A stretch of 33,222 nucleotides of DNA from Basidioascus undulatus (GCA_000826855.1 JTLS01000085.1:1-33222), one strand, 5' to 3'. Numbered from the stretch's first letter, positions 10,652 through 21,880 are shown. Numbers and translations: made by a program. Notes: generated by a model not told the origin, from the letters alone.

Positions 10652-11967
10652 CTACTTCTTCTCCTCCTTCGGCGGCTCGGGCAGCTTGAAGGTCTCGGGC
10701 CGGCTCTCCGCGCCCGCGCCGACCTGCTCCCAGGGCGAGGTGGCGCCCTCGAAGTTGCTGGTGCGTCCCCGATCCTGCGTCAGCGCTGAGAGGAGAGGGA
10801 CAGGGAAGGGCGAGGAGGGGAAGTGTGCGGGGAGGGGAAAGGGAAGGAAGACGCACCGGAAGGCCTGCGTGAGCTGCAGCGGCTCCTGGACGACACGCTT
10901 CTTCTCCTCGTCGTAGCGGAGCTCGACGTAGCCCTGTCTCCCATCCCGTTCGTCAGCCTTCGTAGTTGGCTGATGGAATGGATGAGCGCAAGCCAAGACG
11001 CGCGACGCACGGTCAAGGGGAAGTCCTTCCGGAGCGGGTGGCCCTCGAAACCTGGGTGTGTGCGACACAAGAGTGAGTGGGAGACGGAGGAAGGGCGTGA
11101 GAAGGGGGGGTGAGGAGAGGGTGACGCACCGTAGTCGGTAAGGATGCGACGGAGGTCAGGGTGGTCGAGGAAGAAGATGCCGTACATGTCCCAGGCTTCA
11201 CGCTCGAACCTGTGAGGGAAAGGGGCGGAAGAGGCGTTAGGGGATGTTCCAAGAGCGTGGGGCGAAGTCGACGCGGGTAGACGAGGAAGGTTGAATCCGG
11301 CCCTTCCAACGCCGCTCTCCGGCCTACACCATCCCACCGCGCCAAATCCGCACGAACTCCACCCTTTCTCCCAGAAAGCAAGTTAGATTCTGGCACTCAC
11401 CAGTCCGCAGACCGGTACACGCCGGTCGCGCTAGGCACGGGGGTGACCTCGTCTGCGTAGGTCTTGACGCGAATGCGCGCGTTGTGGCGGACGCTGAGGA
11501 GGTTGTAGACGACCTCGAAGCGGTGGCTGCGGCTGGGGTAGTCGGCGCCGGAGATGTCCATGCACGCCTTGTACTGCGTGTTGGTGTGGTCGTGGAGGAA
11601 TGTGAGCGTGGGGACGATGCCCGAGGGCGCGACGTAGAGCGTGAGCTCGTCCTTGTACACGCTGTACTGCTGGACGAACTTGGGCAGGCACGAGGTGAGG
11701 TACCGCCCGAACGAGTGCAGCGGGTCGGAGAGGTGCGCAGAGTCCAGGGCCGGGTTCCGGCCGGCCGGCTCCTTGAAGGGGCCAGTCACCTCTTGGGCTG
11801 TTGGAGAGCGCATACACACCACATCAGCTATCCAGATAGCGGACGTAGTTGGGTGCGGGCTACCCACCCTGGCAGGACCGGGCGGAGGTGGACAGCGCGC
11901 GGATGGATGCGGCGCGCGAGGCGGACGCGCGGGCGACGGAGCGGATGGCGAAGCGGGCGGCGGACAT
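10652..11967 (-). CDS. NDUFS3: NADH:ubiquinone oxidoreductase 30 kDa subunit (complex I), 6 exons
   Basis: Presequence [149 protein letters not shown]. All five introns splice in frame. Confidence 0.97.
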
Positions 11968-12899
11968 GATGAGGGGAGGTGGTATGTGGTTGGTGAAGCT
12001 ATGGGTGAGTAGGACGGTCAGTTCCTGCTCCGTGCTGCCTGCGCTTCGCTGATGCGAGAAGACGGTAAAGGCACAGCGGCTTAGCTCGCCTGGAGGCAAC
12101 TGATGCGCCCCGTACACCCAAATGCGTGTCGTATAGACCTCGCGAGTAACACCACCCAAGTTCCCTGAGATGCAGCTGCGCCCACGGCCCGGGAGGACTG
12201 CGAGCGAAGCAGGAAGACACTCACGATTGAGAGAAGGAAGCGGGGTCTCGTCAAGCTTAAGGAGCGTTCACGAAGCGAGAACTACGCCCAAAATTCACCA
12301 GGTTAGTGAATTCTGCGCGTTTTTACGTGTTGCGAAAGTGCTATGTACCGAGCGAGAGCGAGAGGAGGATGACGGTCGAGATGCAGGCGCGAGCGGAGAG
12401 CGCTTGAAGCGAGCCTGCCGATTGGACGGGGCAACCCTACGTAGTCTTAGTTGCTTTGCTCGGCGCCAAACGACGAGGTGCAGATTGCCCATCAGGTTGC
12501 AGCTGCTTTCCACCAGCTGATTTCGATAAGAAGCCAATACGAGGCTCCATGAAGTCTAACCATAGAACATAAAGATAAGTCCAAGCACCCGTCCATAAGC
12601 TCTGGTCTGCATGCCGTAAGGCAGGATGCAGCACCCACCAGACACTGTATGCGCCATTGCTCGAGCTTCATTGTTCTCCGTGTATGCGTCAGCTCGAACA
12701 AAGTCCAAACGTTTCTACACCTCGAGGGGGCAAGCGGGATTTAGCCTTATGCCCTGAAGGTCGCAAGCGTGCCTGCCACGTACCGCTGTGACACAGCCTC
12801 GTCAGCGTTCCGTGAGGCCGCTCGCTTGGTTGCCCCTTCCTTCGCTCTTCCATCCCATCGCTCTCTGCACCGCTCAAGCACAACCCCCCCCACATTCGT

Positions 12900-13682
12900 C
12901 ACAATTAACGACATGTTCGATCCGACGAGCGGTGGACCGACGCTTTCTACAATTATATCACACCGTGCAGCTGCACAGCCCGGAGGAGGTGTGGTAAGAC
13001 CGGCCGACGGGCGTCGCATGAATATGCCATACTCAGAACGCTCCCTGCGCACCCCCACCTTCGGTGCCCTTTATCCCGTTCCCGATGGGTACGCAATGCG
13101 GTTCTGAGACGAAGGGACGGAAGACCAGCTCGCCGGAGGGGACCCGGCACCGCTGCGAGTGGGTCGTTTCGCTTTGCGAAGTCGTTGCTCACATTCACAG
13201 TCACGGCGTCGTCCACAGCTATATGAAATACGGCAACATCCTGCTCGAAAGGACCTCGCACTCTCTGCGTTTGATTGCCTTCGACCGCGCCCGGCGCCTC
13301 AAGCCTGATGGCTCCCGGACTGTGTGTGCGACAGAGCCTTTTCGAACTGCACTCCGAGCCGGCGGAGTGGATGACCCCTGAACTCTGCGATGGGTTTGAT
13401 CGTTACACGACAGCGTACGACATTTACTCTCTCAGTGTTCGATATTCGAGATCATGACTGGCGGGATGTTCGAGCCGGACGCTAACGACTCCAAAGCATG
13501 GATACTCTGGCTCGCAAGTACCCGCGCTTCTCGAGACCTATGGCTGGCTCTCGGACACATGCTGCAGGATGGATCCAAAGGAGAGACCTACCGCCGAAGA
13601 GGCTGTCGTGTGGGCAAAGCTGGAGCTTGCGGCTGTCGAGGCGGCAGAGACACAGTTGGGCTTCACGGACTCTGGGGGGTGA
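12900..13682 (+). pseudogene. Protein kinase pseudogene (5' limit uncertain)
   Basis: LCEVVAHIHSHGVVHSYMKYGNILL (catalytic loop, Asp replaced by Tyr), LRLIAFD (DFG-like Asp lost), EWMTPELCDGFDRYTTAYDIYSL, IFEIMTG, DPKERPTAEEAVVWAK. The motifs lie in different frames and there is a stop at 13105-13107. Confidence 0.85.
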
Positions 13683-14130
13683 ATGAACGGGATCCTGAAT
13701 TTGGGATTGTCGTGGTCGAGGTCTGGCATGGAGGAGTTGCACGTTCCTTGTCTTTGCCATTCCGCGCAATAGTCTTGACTGTGTCCGCCGTCACAACACC
13801 TGCCCGCAGTGCAGCGACTGTAGCAATAACGTTTTGCCGTGAAACACAAGCCACAGCAAGCATCTTCTAGTTTCCTTTGGGTTTTATATTGAATGCATAT
13901 GTTTCGGTGGGTGATCAAAACTCTTGTCAAAGATTCGTGCGTCCGCGTCTCTGATGAAACGTTCGTAACTACACGGGTTCTGCTCGTCCGTCCAGACTGC
14001 ACACCACTTGTCTTCTGACTTCAGCACACAATGCCAATTTTCTAATTTTTTTTTTTGGCTGTAGCATCATGTTGGAACCGACTACATGGTATCCCAGTGT
14101 CCAAAAGAAGGCGTCTGCAAAGTGGATTCG

Positions 14131-14820
14131 TCAACCCCTGAAAGCATCCAAACCCCGCAGGGTCTCTCCCCAGATCCTATCCAACTTCTCCCACATAACG
14201 GGGCAACTAATCCCCAAAGCAACACAATTCGACCAGACACCATGCAGCTCCCCCGCGCGGCGAATCCACTCTTCTCGTCCTCCCTGCAGCGGCGCAATCC
14301 GCTCTCCCACTAGGAGGCGTTCCAATAGCGACATAGCTGAGGGAGCGGGGACGACTATGTCCACTGCTGGGAGTCCTGCCCCTGGAGACGGCGGAGGAGG
14401 AAGGACAGGCAGCGCAGACGCGGCTGCTGCGAAGCGCAGGCCGTCGACGGGGAGGTCGAGGGTGTTGCCTGTGCCGGACGTCGAGGAGCGAATACAGAAG
14501 AGGTGCGTCCTCGGAGGGAGGTAAGGCGCAGCGGAAAGCGTGTCGAGCACGAACGCCGGCGGGATGTTCGGTGGGATCCCGAACGGCGCGAGCGCGGCGG
14601 GGTGGACGTCGCGCAGCTTGACGCGGGGGAGGCGGAGGGGTAGGCGGAGCGTCGTGGGTGGTGTTTTCTTGGAATGGGAAAGTGGACGGTTATGCGTGAC
14701 GAGAATGCTGCGCGGGTGGCGGGGGTAGGGGTGGGTTCGGTTCGGGAGCTCTGAGAGCGGACAGGGTCGACGGCGCCGGAAGCGCAGGTGCGTGGGCGAG
14801 GCGGGGATGGCGAGGCTCAT
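14131..14820 (-). CDS. clp1: Clp1 (clampless-1)-like protein, intronless, 229 aa
   Basis: N-terminal LRLPLRLPRVKLRDVHPAAL..NIPPAFV, central THLFCI..LPVDGLRFAA..LP..LPAVDIVVPAP, and C-terminal ELHGVWSNCVALGISCPVMWEKLDRIW, which matches the HGxWxNxxALG..W...W pattern I recall for basidiomycete Clp1 proteins. Uninterrupted ORF. Confidence 0.7.
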   Translation of the reverse strand: MSLAIPASPTHLRFRRRRPCPLSELPNRTHPYPRHPRSILVTHNRPLSHSKKTPPTTLRLPLRLPRVKLRDVHPAALAPFGIPPNIPPAFVLDTLSAAPYLPPRTHLFCIRSSTSGTGNTLDLPVDGLRFAAAASALPVLPPPPSPGAGLPAVDIVVPAPSAMSLLERLLVGERIAPLQGGREEWIRRAGELHGVWSNCVALGISCPVMWEKLDRIWGETLRGLDAFRG

Positions 14821-14860
14821 GCTGGTGGATGAACGCTTGGTGAAGCGAGATGAAGAGACC

Positions 14861-14870
14861 TTATATTTTA
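14861..14870 (-). promoter_or_regulatory. TATA-like element upstream of the Clp1-like gene
   Basis: Minus strand reads taaaatataa about 40-50 nt upstream of ATG 14820. Confidence 0.3.
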
Positions 14871-16860
14871 GTTGAAGATAAAACCGACACGTTCAGACAG
14901 AGATGGTCTAGCCTCTGCAGTCTTTATGTCTCCAGAGAGTGACCAGGCATCAAAGCTTGAAAGGCGGAAAGGCAAATTGTCCTTTGTCTCCATCCTTTAT
15001 CGCTCATTCAAGAAAGTCTTTGAGAAAGTCGGAGCTGCCCAAATCGACAGCTTGAAAGGACAGCGAGCCAGCCAGCGAACGGGCCTTTCAAAACGCAACA
15101 AAGAAACGCGGCGCGCACTGGACGCGGGACTTGGATGTCTCCGCTGCAGTCTCCACAAGTGCCACCACTCCTTGTCCCTTGTTCTTTGTGCCAGAATTTT
15201 ATAGGGGATCCCTAAGCATCCTAGTCCTACTGCGTTTCGAGAGCCGCACCGGGGATGCTGTTCCCAGGACCAGACGAAGCAATGTAATCGTCAGCAGTAA
15301 CGCATAAGCCACTACCTAGCCTCCCTCGCATCAACGGAACCTGCTAGAAAAAATTACTCCCAATATAGAAAACTCAACGGACTGGGATGAGGAAAGCACC
15401 CACCGCCTGGCTTCTCACTCAGGCTGAAACATCACTATGCACAGCAAGAACACAAGTGGACGGCACAGCAAGTACTGTGCACGGTCACCGAAAGCCACAC
15501 AGACAACATTCCCTTCTGTACAACACACGTCTTTCTCTCCTCAGGCCAGGAAAGCGGATACGATCATTCCTCCGAATGCTCCTAGCTAGACGGAGGACGT
15601 GCATAGACCCGCTCTTGTCTGACAGTTCGTCCCCTCAGGAACCGAACACCTGCACAATGTCTAATAGCAGGGTGTCTTGTAGCATTCGGGACTCGAAAGG
15701 AGCGAGTGCGAGAGGCATGGGCGGGCGTGTTTCCCTCCATGCTTGAGAGCGGGCACTCACCAGCGGCCGTACCCTGAAAAGCCAGTCTCATCCTCATCCC
15801 TATCGGATTCTTCTGCCTATACCTGGTGACTTTTACAAGCTTGCATGTAGATGAACCCAACAACAACAAAAGCCACCTGGACGCCAGCTTCTGCTGTCGC
15901 TCCTGCGACGCAGCCCGCCCGTGTTGAGATTTCCCTCGCACGCCCGCGATCTGCTCAGGAAGGTATACCAGCCGGGCTGGAGGATGGCAGTCCTCCACAA
16001 AGTGCCGGGAACGAACAGTGTCCGAACTCATATCCCAGTGAGGACAGCAAGTCGCTGCCTGGTCTGCGAAAGAAACCGTGGCCCGCTCACCTTAGTCTGC
16101 GATTCCGCCTAAGCGCGCAACCGCTGATGAGCACGTAACCTCGCCCAAGTTAGCGCGGGGCGAGCGTCCGCCCCTGCGCGCCCTCGGACAGTGTTGCGCA
16201 CCGAGCACTTGGCGAAGCCTTGGCAACATGGGTGCAGACTGCAGTCTGAGTTCGCCGGGAACGACTACAAATGCAGAAGGCGTAGTTGCGCTTGTGAGTA
16301 ATTACTGCTCTCCAGTCCGATGTGTGGGCGCTGAGAGCGTGCCGGTTCCGTCACGATCTTCTCCGCCAGGATTGGAGATTGCCGAGGGCCAGGGAGGGCT
16401 GCGACGTGCAATGCGCGTTGAGCGATACGCGAGATACGAGATGCGAAGCTAAAGTTATGTTTGTTCGATCCCGTGTCCGGCGGATGTGAGGAAAGAGAGG
16501 TCCGGCGGTGCGGGAGCTGATGATATGGATAAGTGGGCCAGCCAGTGAGTGAGCGGGTGGGTGAGCGATGTGCGCGTCCAAGAGCAGCTCGGAGCGAGCG
16601 GCATGAGACCAGGGGAGGCGAGTGATACCTTGATCGAGTGAGGGACAGAGACTGCCCCGGCGGGTGATAGAAAGATTGAGCGTGCGCGAAAGCCGCCTCT
16701 ACCCACTCCCCCTCCCGCGCGCAACCCACTCCACACCAGCAACCCACGCTTCAAACTTAAAGAAACCTGGTATCGCCCCGCGCTCTCCTCCTCCCAAGCC
16801 GGGTCCATGCTCCTTCCCTGCGCCTCCTCCCACGCGGCAAGCATCCTGCCTGGCGGCAAA

Positions 16861-17508
16861 TCACTCGCCCACGAGCTTCTGCACGCGCTTGAGGATCGAG
16901 TCTTTCTCGGGGTCTGGGTGGGGCGGGTTGAAGGTGGGAAGTCAGGATGGGGGTTGCGGGAAGGAGGGGAGCTAGAGGGAAGAGGTGGACGAGAGGAGGA
17001 GAGCGGGAGGAGTGAAGGAGGAGGAGGGGAGGGTAAGAAAGATAGAGCAGGACAACGCACCGTACGGGTGTTCCTTGGACGGGATCTCCAGCAGCGCTGG
17101 GAACGGCTGGGTATACCTGTCCACCATCGGCCTGATCTTCTCGGCGATCTGCCCCCATCCCACCATCTCATCAGCGTCCCTCCCGTTCCCTCTATCCCTC
17201 ACTCTCCTGCACGCACATGCTGGTTAATTAACAGAATCGCAACATCCTTCCGCTCGGTGAACTCCTCAAACGCCGACTCGATGACGGACGTCTGCGTCTT
17301 GGTGTCCACGATGAGAAAGTTCTTGCGCCCCTTGTCGACATGCCCGATGCCCGCGAGGAGGAGGCCGGTGATGGAGTCCTGTGTCGAGGGAGGGGTCAGG
17401 GGAGTGGGGGTAGCTAGAGTGGGGACGGGGAGGGGAGGGGTAAGGTACCTCGTCCCCGATTGCTGCGAGGAGGGTGCGGTCTTTGATGCCTGCTACTGCG
17501 GAGGACAT
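16861..17508 (-). CDS. VMA7: V-type proton ATPase subunit F, 4 exons
   Basis: [113 protein letters not shown]. Confidence 0.97.
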
Positions 17509-17734
17509 GCTGAATGTGAGAGTGTAGATGAGTGTGGTGATGTACAGTTGGATGACGATGTGGTCGAGAGGGGTCGCTGGGCTCAGTTGCATCCGGGGTG
17601 CGAGCTTATCGCCGACACAGCCTACTGTATTCGACCTCACAATGAACTCAGCCTCAATTCCGAAAGGCAGAGCGCTGCACTTGGAAACGCGCCTTCTGAT
17701 CATCATCACCTCCTGCATCCAAACCAATCTCACA
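17509..17734. promoter_or_regulatory. Probable bidirectional promoter (VMA7 / SPF27)
   Basis: Only 226 bp between the divergent ATGs at 17508 and 17735. Confidence 0.55.
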
Positions 17735-18801
17735 ATGTCCAACGCGCATCGGGACGACTTGGACGTGCAGCTCGACGCGCTGCCATACCACGACAAGGAG
17801 CTCGAGACCACCCCAGGTGCGCCTCCCTTCCTCCCTCTCCTTCCTCTCCCACTCCCAGCTCACCCTCCCTCCTCCCGGCAGGCCTCCAGCAACGCGCCGC
17901 AGCCGAGATCCAGCGCGAGCTCGCCTCCGCCCCGAAGCTAGGCCTCACCCTCCCCCCAGACGCAGACGACTTCCTTTCCGTGCGTCTCCCCCTTCCTCCC
18001 TCCTCCTCCCCTCTCCTTCCTAACACCCACCCTCCCGCACCGCAGGCCCACCCCCTCCTCCACGCCGAGCTCTCCCGCGTGCGCGCCGGAGAGCCCCTCC
18101 AGGGGTTCGACCCCGCTCGGTACAGCCTCGCCGCGCCGGAGAGCACGTCCGAGGAGGAATGGACCCGCGCGCTCGAGCTCGCGGGCGCCAACATCGAGCA
18201 CCAGGGGATTCGTCAGACTAACCTCGACCTGCTTTCGTCGCTGGGTGCAAACCACTGGAGACTGCACAATTATGTGCTTGAGGCGGACGCGGCGCGCGTG
18301 GAGAAGGAGTTGGAGCAGTTGCAGGAGAGGGTGGCGGATGTGAATCGGGGGAGGAAGGCGCAGCAGGTGCGTTCGTGTTCGGTTCTTTGCCTCTTCCTAT
18401 ATCCGTCCTCTTGCTTTCTTTCAACCCGTCCCATTGCCACCAATGCTCCTCCCTCTCCTCCCACCCTCTCCGTCCCCCCGTCCCGTTCTTCCACCCAACC
18501 CCCGCCCTCGCTTCTCTCTCCCCTCCCTCCTCTTCCCATCCCCCTCCCGACCACCTCCTACCCCTATCTCTTTTTGCGCCTTCCTCACCCCCTCTGTTAC
18601 CTCATTTGCAGCGCATGCTGACATTGCCTCCCTTGTGAAACGCAGACCCAAGCCGGCGCCCGCCTCCACGCCCTCGAGTCCCGGTGGACGCAGCTCGTGT
18701 CGCACACTTTGCAAGTGGAGGTCGCGAACGCCGCGCTCGAGGCGGAGTTGGGCGCGCTGCGGGCAAGGGAGGCGGGGTTGCGGGCGGAGCTGGGCCTGTG
18801 A
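17735..18801 (+). CDS. SPF27: Pre-mRNA splicing factor SPF27/BCAS2 (Cwf7, Prp19 complex), 4 exons
   Basis: LDALPYHDKELE..|LQQRAAAEIQREL, HPLLHAELSRV..GFDPARY, EEW..A..NIEHQGIRQTNLDLLSSLGANHWRLHNYVLE..VNRGRKAQQ|TQAGARLHALESRWTQLVSHTLQVEVANAALEAE. Stop at 18799-18801. Confidence 0.92.
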
Positions 18802-18837
18802 CGTGGAAGTGAAGAGAAGGGGGAGGGAGGTGTAATA

Positions 18838-20154
18838 TTAGCTGTATTTTATGCGGGCGCGATTTGGGAAACGAGTGCTAGATGGCAGGGAGCGGTCGGG
18901 GACTCGCTCGCCATGCTTGTCGAAGGCGGCTCGCGAGCGTCCGGGGTCGAGGACGGGGACGGGGACGCTTCGCTCGCTCGCTCGCTTTCGGAGCATCCAA
19001 TCCAATCCCACCACACTCTCCTTTGGTCGCTCGCCACTCCTCCCTCCAATCCCTCGCAGCTCTCGCATCCCCAACCTCCTCAATCCTTCTTGGGGCATAG
19101 TCGACCATCGTCTTCCATCTCGCTCACACTGACGCCGCGGTCGCTCAGACCGAGCTTTCGCGCACTGATACGTTATTGATACCACAACGTCGCAGCGCAC
19201 CCCGCCATGTTCGATTCCTTGAGTGGCCGTCGTTTGACTCTCTCCTTGCACGCTTACGATCGCAACCAGTGATTTGCAATTTAGGCTGTCCCCGCCAATC
19301 GCTTCGTAGGCCTGGGCACGGACAGTCTTCGTCACGAGCACATAACTACATGAGCAGCGACCTCGAGGTCTTGTGCACAAGCCAAGTACAGTACTGCAGC
19401 GTCGTGCGCTCACTTGTGCGTGAACAGGAGCACGCAGAGCGCGATGCCCGCCACCACAAGCAAGCCCACGACGAGCCACGGCGCCACCGCGAACGCGGCG
19501 GCGCCCATCGCCCCGCCTGCGGCGAAGCTCTGCAGGAGAGCGTACAGCGACTTCTCCAGTATGAACCCCCCGAACACATAGGATGCGTATGCCGCAGCCC
19601 AGGACCCTATTCGGGGGCACAGAAGAACGATGTGAGCTCGAGTGCCACGGGAATGGAGAGAGGGGGACTGAACGTGCCTTTTGCGACGCCCGCTACGGTA
19701 AAGCCTAGACAATATACGATAGCGGAAAACGCGAACCAGAAGACGAAGAGGGCGGCGATCGTAGCGAGGACGCCGATGGAGAGTTGCACGCGGTGCGCCC
19801 ATAGCCAATGAGCCGCTGGCTCCAGCGCATGGGCGGTTTTGTGATCTGGGCGAAATTGATCCTTCCGTAAGTCTGGCCGAGTCGGTGGCAGAAGAAGGGC
19901 TCGCAGCTATAGATGCTCACAGACTGCAGTGAGCGACTTGGCTAGGTTGTGGACGGAGGGCTGGAGCGTCACCGCTGGAATGTGCAGCTGATCGTAAGCC
20001 CATGGTAGCCAGCTGGAGAAATTCTCGGAGAACTAAGAACGGGTGGGGAGACTTTACCGAAGCTGGCGACGCCGCCCTGGAAGGCCTTCAACGGTCTATG
20101 GACCTGCGCATGAATGGCAGCGACTCCGGGTAGCATCGCAACGTCAACATGCAT
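18838..20154 (-). CDS. IFI6/IFI27 (ISG12)-like small membrane protein; both termini uncertain
   Basis: Spliced core QLSIGVLATIAALFVFWFAFSAIVYCLGFTVAGVAK|GSWAAAYASYVFGGFILEKSLYALLQSFAAGGAMGAAAFAVAPWLVVGLLVVAGIALCVLLF contains GFTxxGVxxGSxAA...SLxAxLQS. GC-AG intron at 19607-19677. An upstream ATG near 20171 is out of frame, so a 5' lesion is possible. Confidence 0.6.
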
Positions 20155-20401
20155 ACTGCAGTCGCCAGCATGATGAAGTGAGTATTTGGGCTCACCAATC
20201 CGAGAGCCCCCCAACTGGAATCATGAATGCGCTGCGATCATGAAGGAAGGACGACTGTCACTTTCGCAACAGACTCGCCTGCCAAATCCAAGCGCACTCT
20301 TGTTCATCTACTCATGTATGGGCAAGGCTACAAAGAATGTGCATAGGCCATCTGTCGGCAAAGCTACAAGGGAATGTTCATAGGTCATTTGTATCATTAC
20401 G

Positions 20402-20955
20402 TTGCGCGCTCACTTGGGCGTAAAGAGGATCACGCAGAGGGCGACGCCCGCGAGCCGGAGCAAGCTTACGACGAACCACGGCGCCACCGCGAACGCGGCG
20501 GCGCCCATCGCCCCGCCTGCGTCGCGAGGACGCCGATGGAGAGTCTCACGCGATGCGTCCAAAGCCTGTGTGCCCCGCTATCTCGAGCGCAAGGGCCGTT
20601 TTGTCGACTGAATGAAAACCATTGCCCTCTAAGTATGTGATTCGGTCGTTGAGTCAAGAAGAGTGGATAGACTCGCAGCCTGCCCACCCTGCGGTGACTG
20701 GACTGGCCAAGGCGTGGACGGAGGACTAGACTGTCACCACTGGGGTAAGGGGTCGACCGTAAGGCCATGCGAGCCAACCGAGGGAAGTTCCGAAATAGAA
20801 GGTGGGACCGACGTACGGAAGCTGGCGACGGTCCCATGGAACGTCTGAAACGATTGCTGAACGAGCGCAAGGAGAGCAGAGCCTTTCGAAAGCTCCGCAA
20901 TGCTCAGCAATGGGCACTGCGATTTCCAGCATGATGGAAGATTTGGCCTCACCAA
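20402..20955 (-). pseudogene. Tandem duplicate of the IFI27-like gene with the core domain deleted
   Basis: 20476-20521 is identical (46 bp) to 19476-19521, then jumps to sequence matching 19761 onward (about 240 bp deletion). CAG>TAG stop at 20726-20728. Homology continues to about 20955 versus about 20200. Confidence 0.85.
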
Positions 20956-21519
20956 CATGAGACCAGACCCCTTTTACTCCGTGAAGACCATTGAAATCCG
21001 CTATCTTGCCCCCGAAGACATGCTGAATCGGCGCACAACCTAGCCCTAGGAAGTTGGGGATGGGGATCATGGCCTAGTGCTCTGAGGGTTCCCTAGACGA
21101 AAATGGAGGGTAGTGACTGCAAATAGGGAAGATAGCTGAGTTCCACTTTTCAGCTTTGATTCGGGGCGCGAGTAATGCAACGTGCTGTTCAGACGTTCGC
21201 GCGCTCGCAAAGACAGCGCGGGCAGCGGACTCCGACGGCATTGGGTTCCTTTGAAGACGCCTCGAACTCCGTCAGCGTAAGTCACAGGTTGCGAAGCTTA
21301 TCAAGCAGCATGGTGCCGCTCAGCTCTGGGAAAGTACACTAGCAGTCTTCTGAGAGGGGCGCGGGGGCACCCGCGAATGACAGCTGCTCACGCCGCTACT
21401 AGCGCACTCGCTGGCAACCCTACGAGCGATTCTGTCCAACCATATCATTTTTCCCTTTCGAAGAAGGGACTCGAACACCTGCCTTTTAAGGTGGCGGAAC
21501 ATACTGTGCACTCCAGCTA

Positions 21520-21880
21520 TTGTGACGGCTGGACTGCCCGACCGGGCGTTTTCGCTACGGAGCAGCCGGGTGGATAGCACCGGAAATCTGAGACGGATTC
21601 GATCCCTACACGAAAGCTTGCAATTTCTACTCTTTTGTACTCTCTGGGTGTGATGATCTTCGAGATCATGGCCCGGCGGGCTGTTCGAATGCGACACCAA
21701 CAGGGCTACCAAAAACACGTTGGCCGGCAAGCAGCCACGCTTCTCCGGAGCTTGAATGGATTGACGCCCCAAGGAATGCTTCAAAATTGACTCAAAGAAT
21801 CAAGCTGACTGCAGAGGAAGCTCTCATTTGGGCCGAGTGTGGGTTTGCGGCTGTCGTGTCGGGGGCGTGGCTGGACCGTG
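21520..21880 (+). pseudogene. C-lobe fragment of a second copy of the 13 kb protein kinase
   Basis: GWIAPEI*DGFDPYTKACNFYS/YSLGVMIFEIMA/GGLFECD...LTAEEALIWAE..AAV aligns with EWMTPELCDGFDRYTTAYDIYSL..IFEIMTGGMFEPD..PTAEEAVVWAK..AAV. Stop at 21589-21591 and an imperfect 10-bp duplication at 21628-21647. Confidence 0.8.

Noticed and set aside
16807..18621. 604-aa + strand ORF
   Set aside because: Read-through of VMA7 antisense sequence, the promoter, and SPF27 introns and exons in stop-poor GC-rich DNA.
2252..20728. RIP-like CpA>TpA signature in the stops at 2252, 5548 and 20726
   Set aside because: Transition-derived stops mostly arise from CAA, CAG or TGG, so the context is expected regardless. 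Other lesions are transversions and indels. A dinucleotide analysis of aligned paralogs would be needed.
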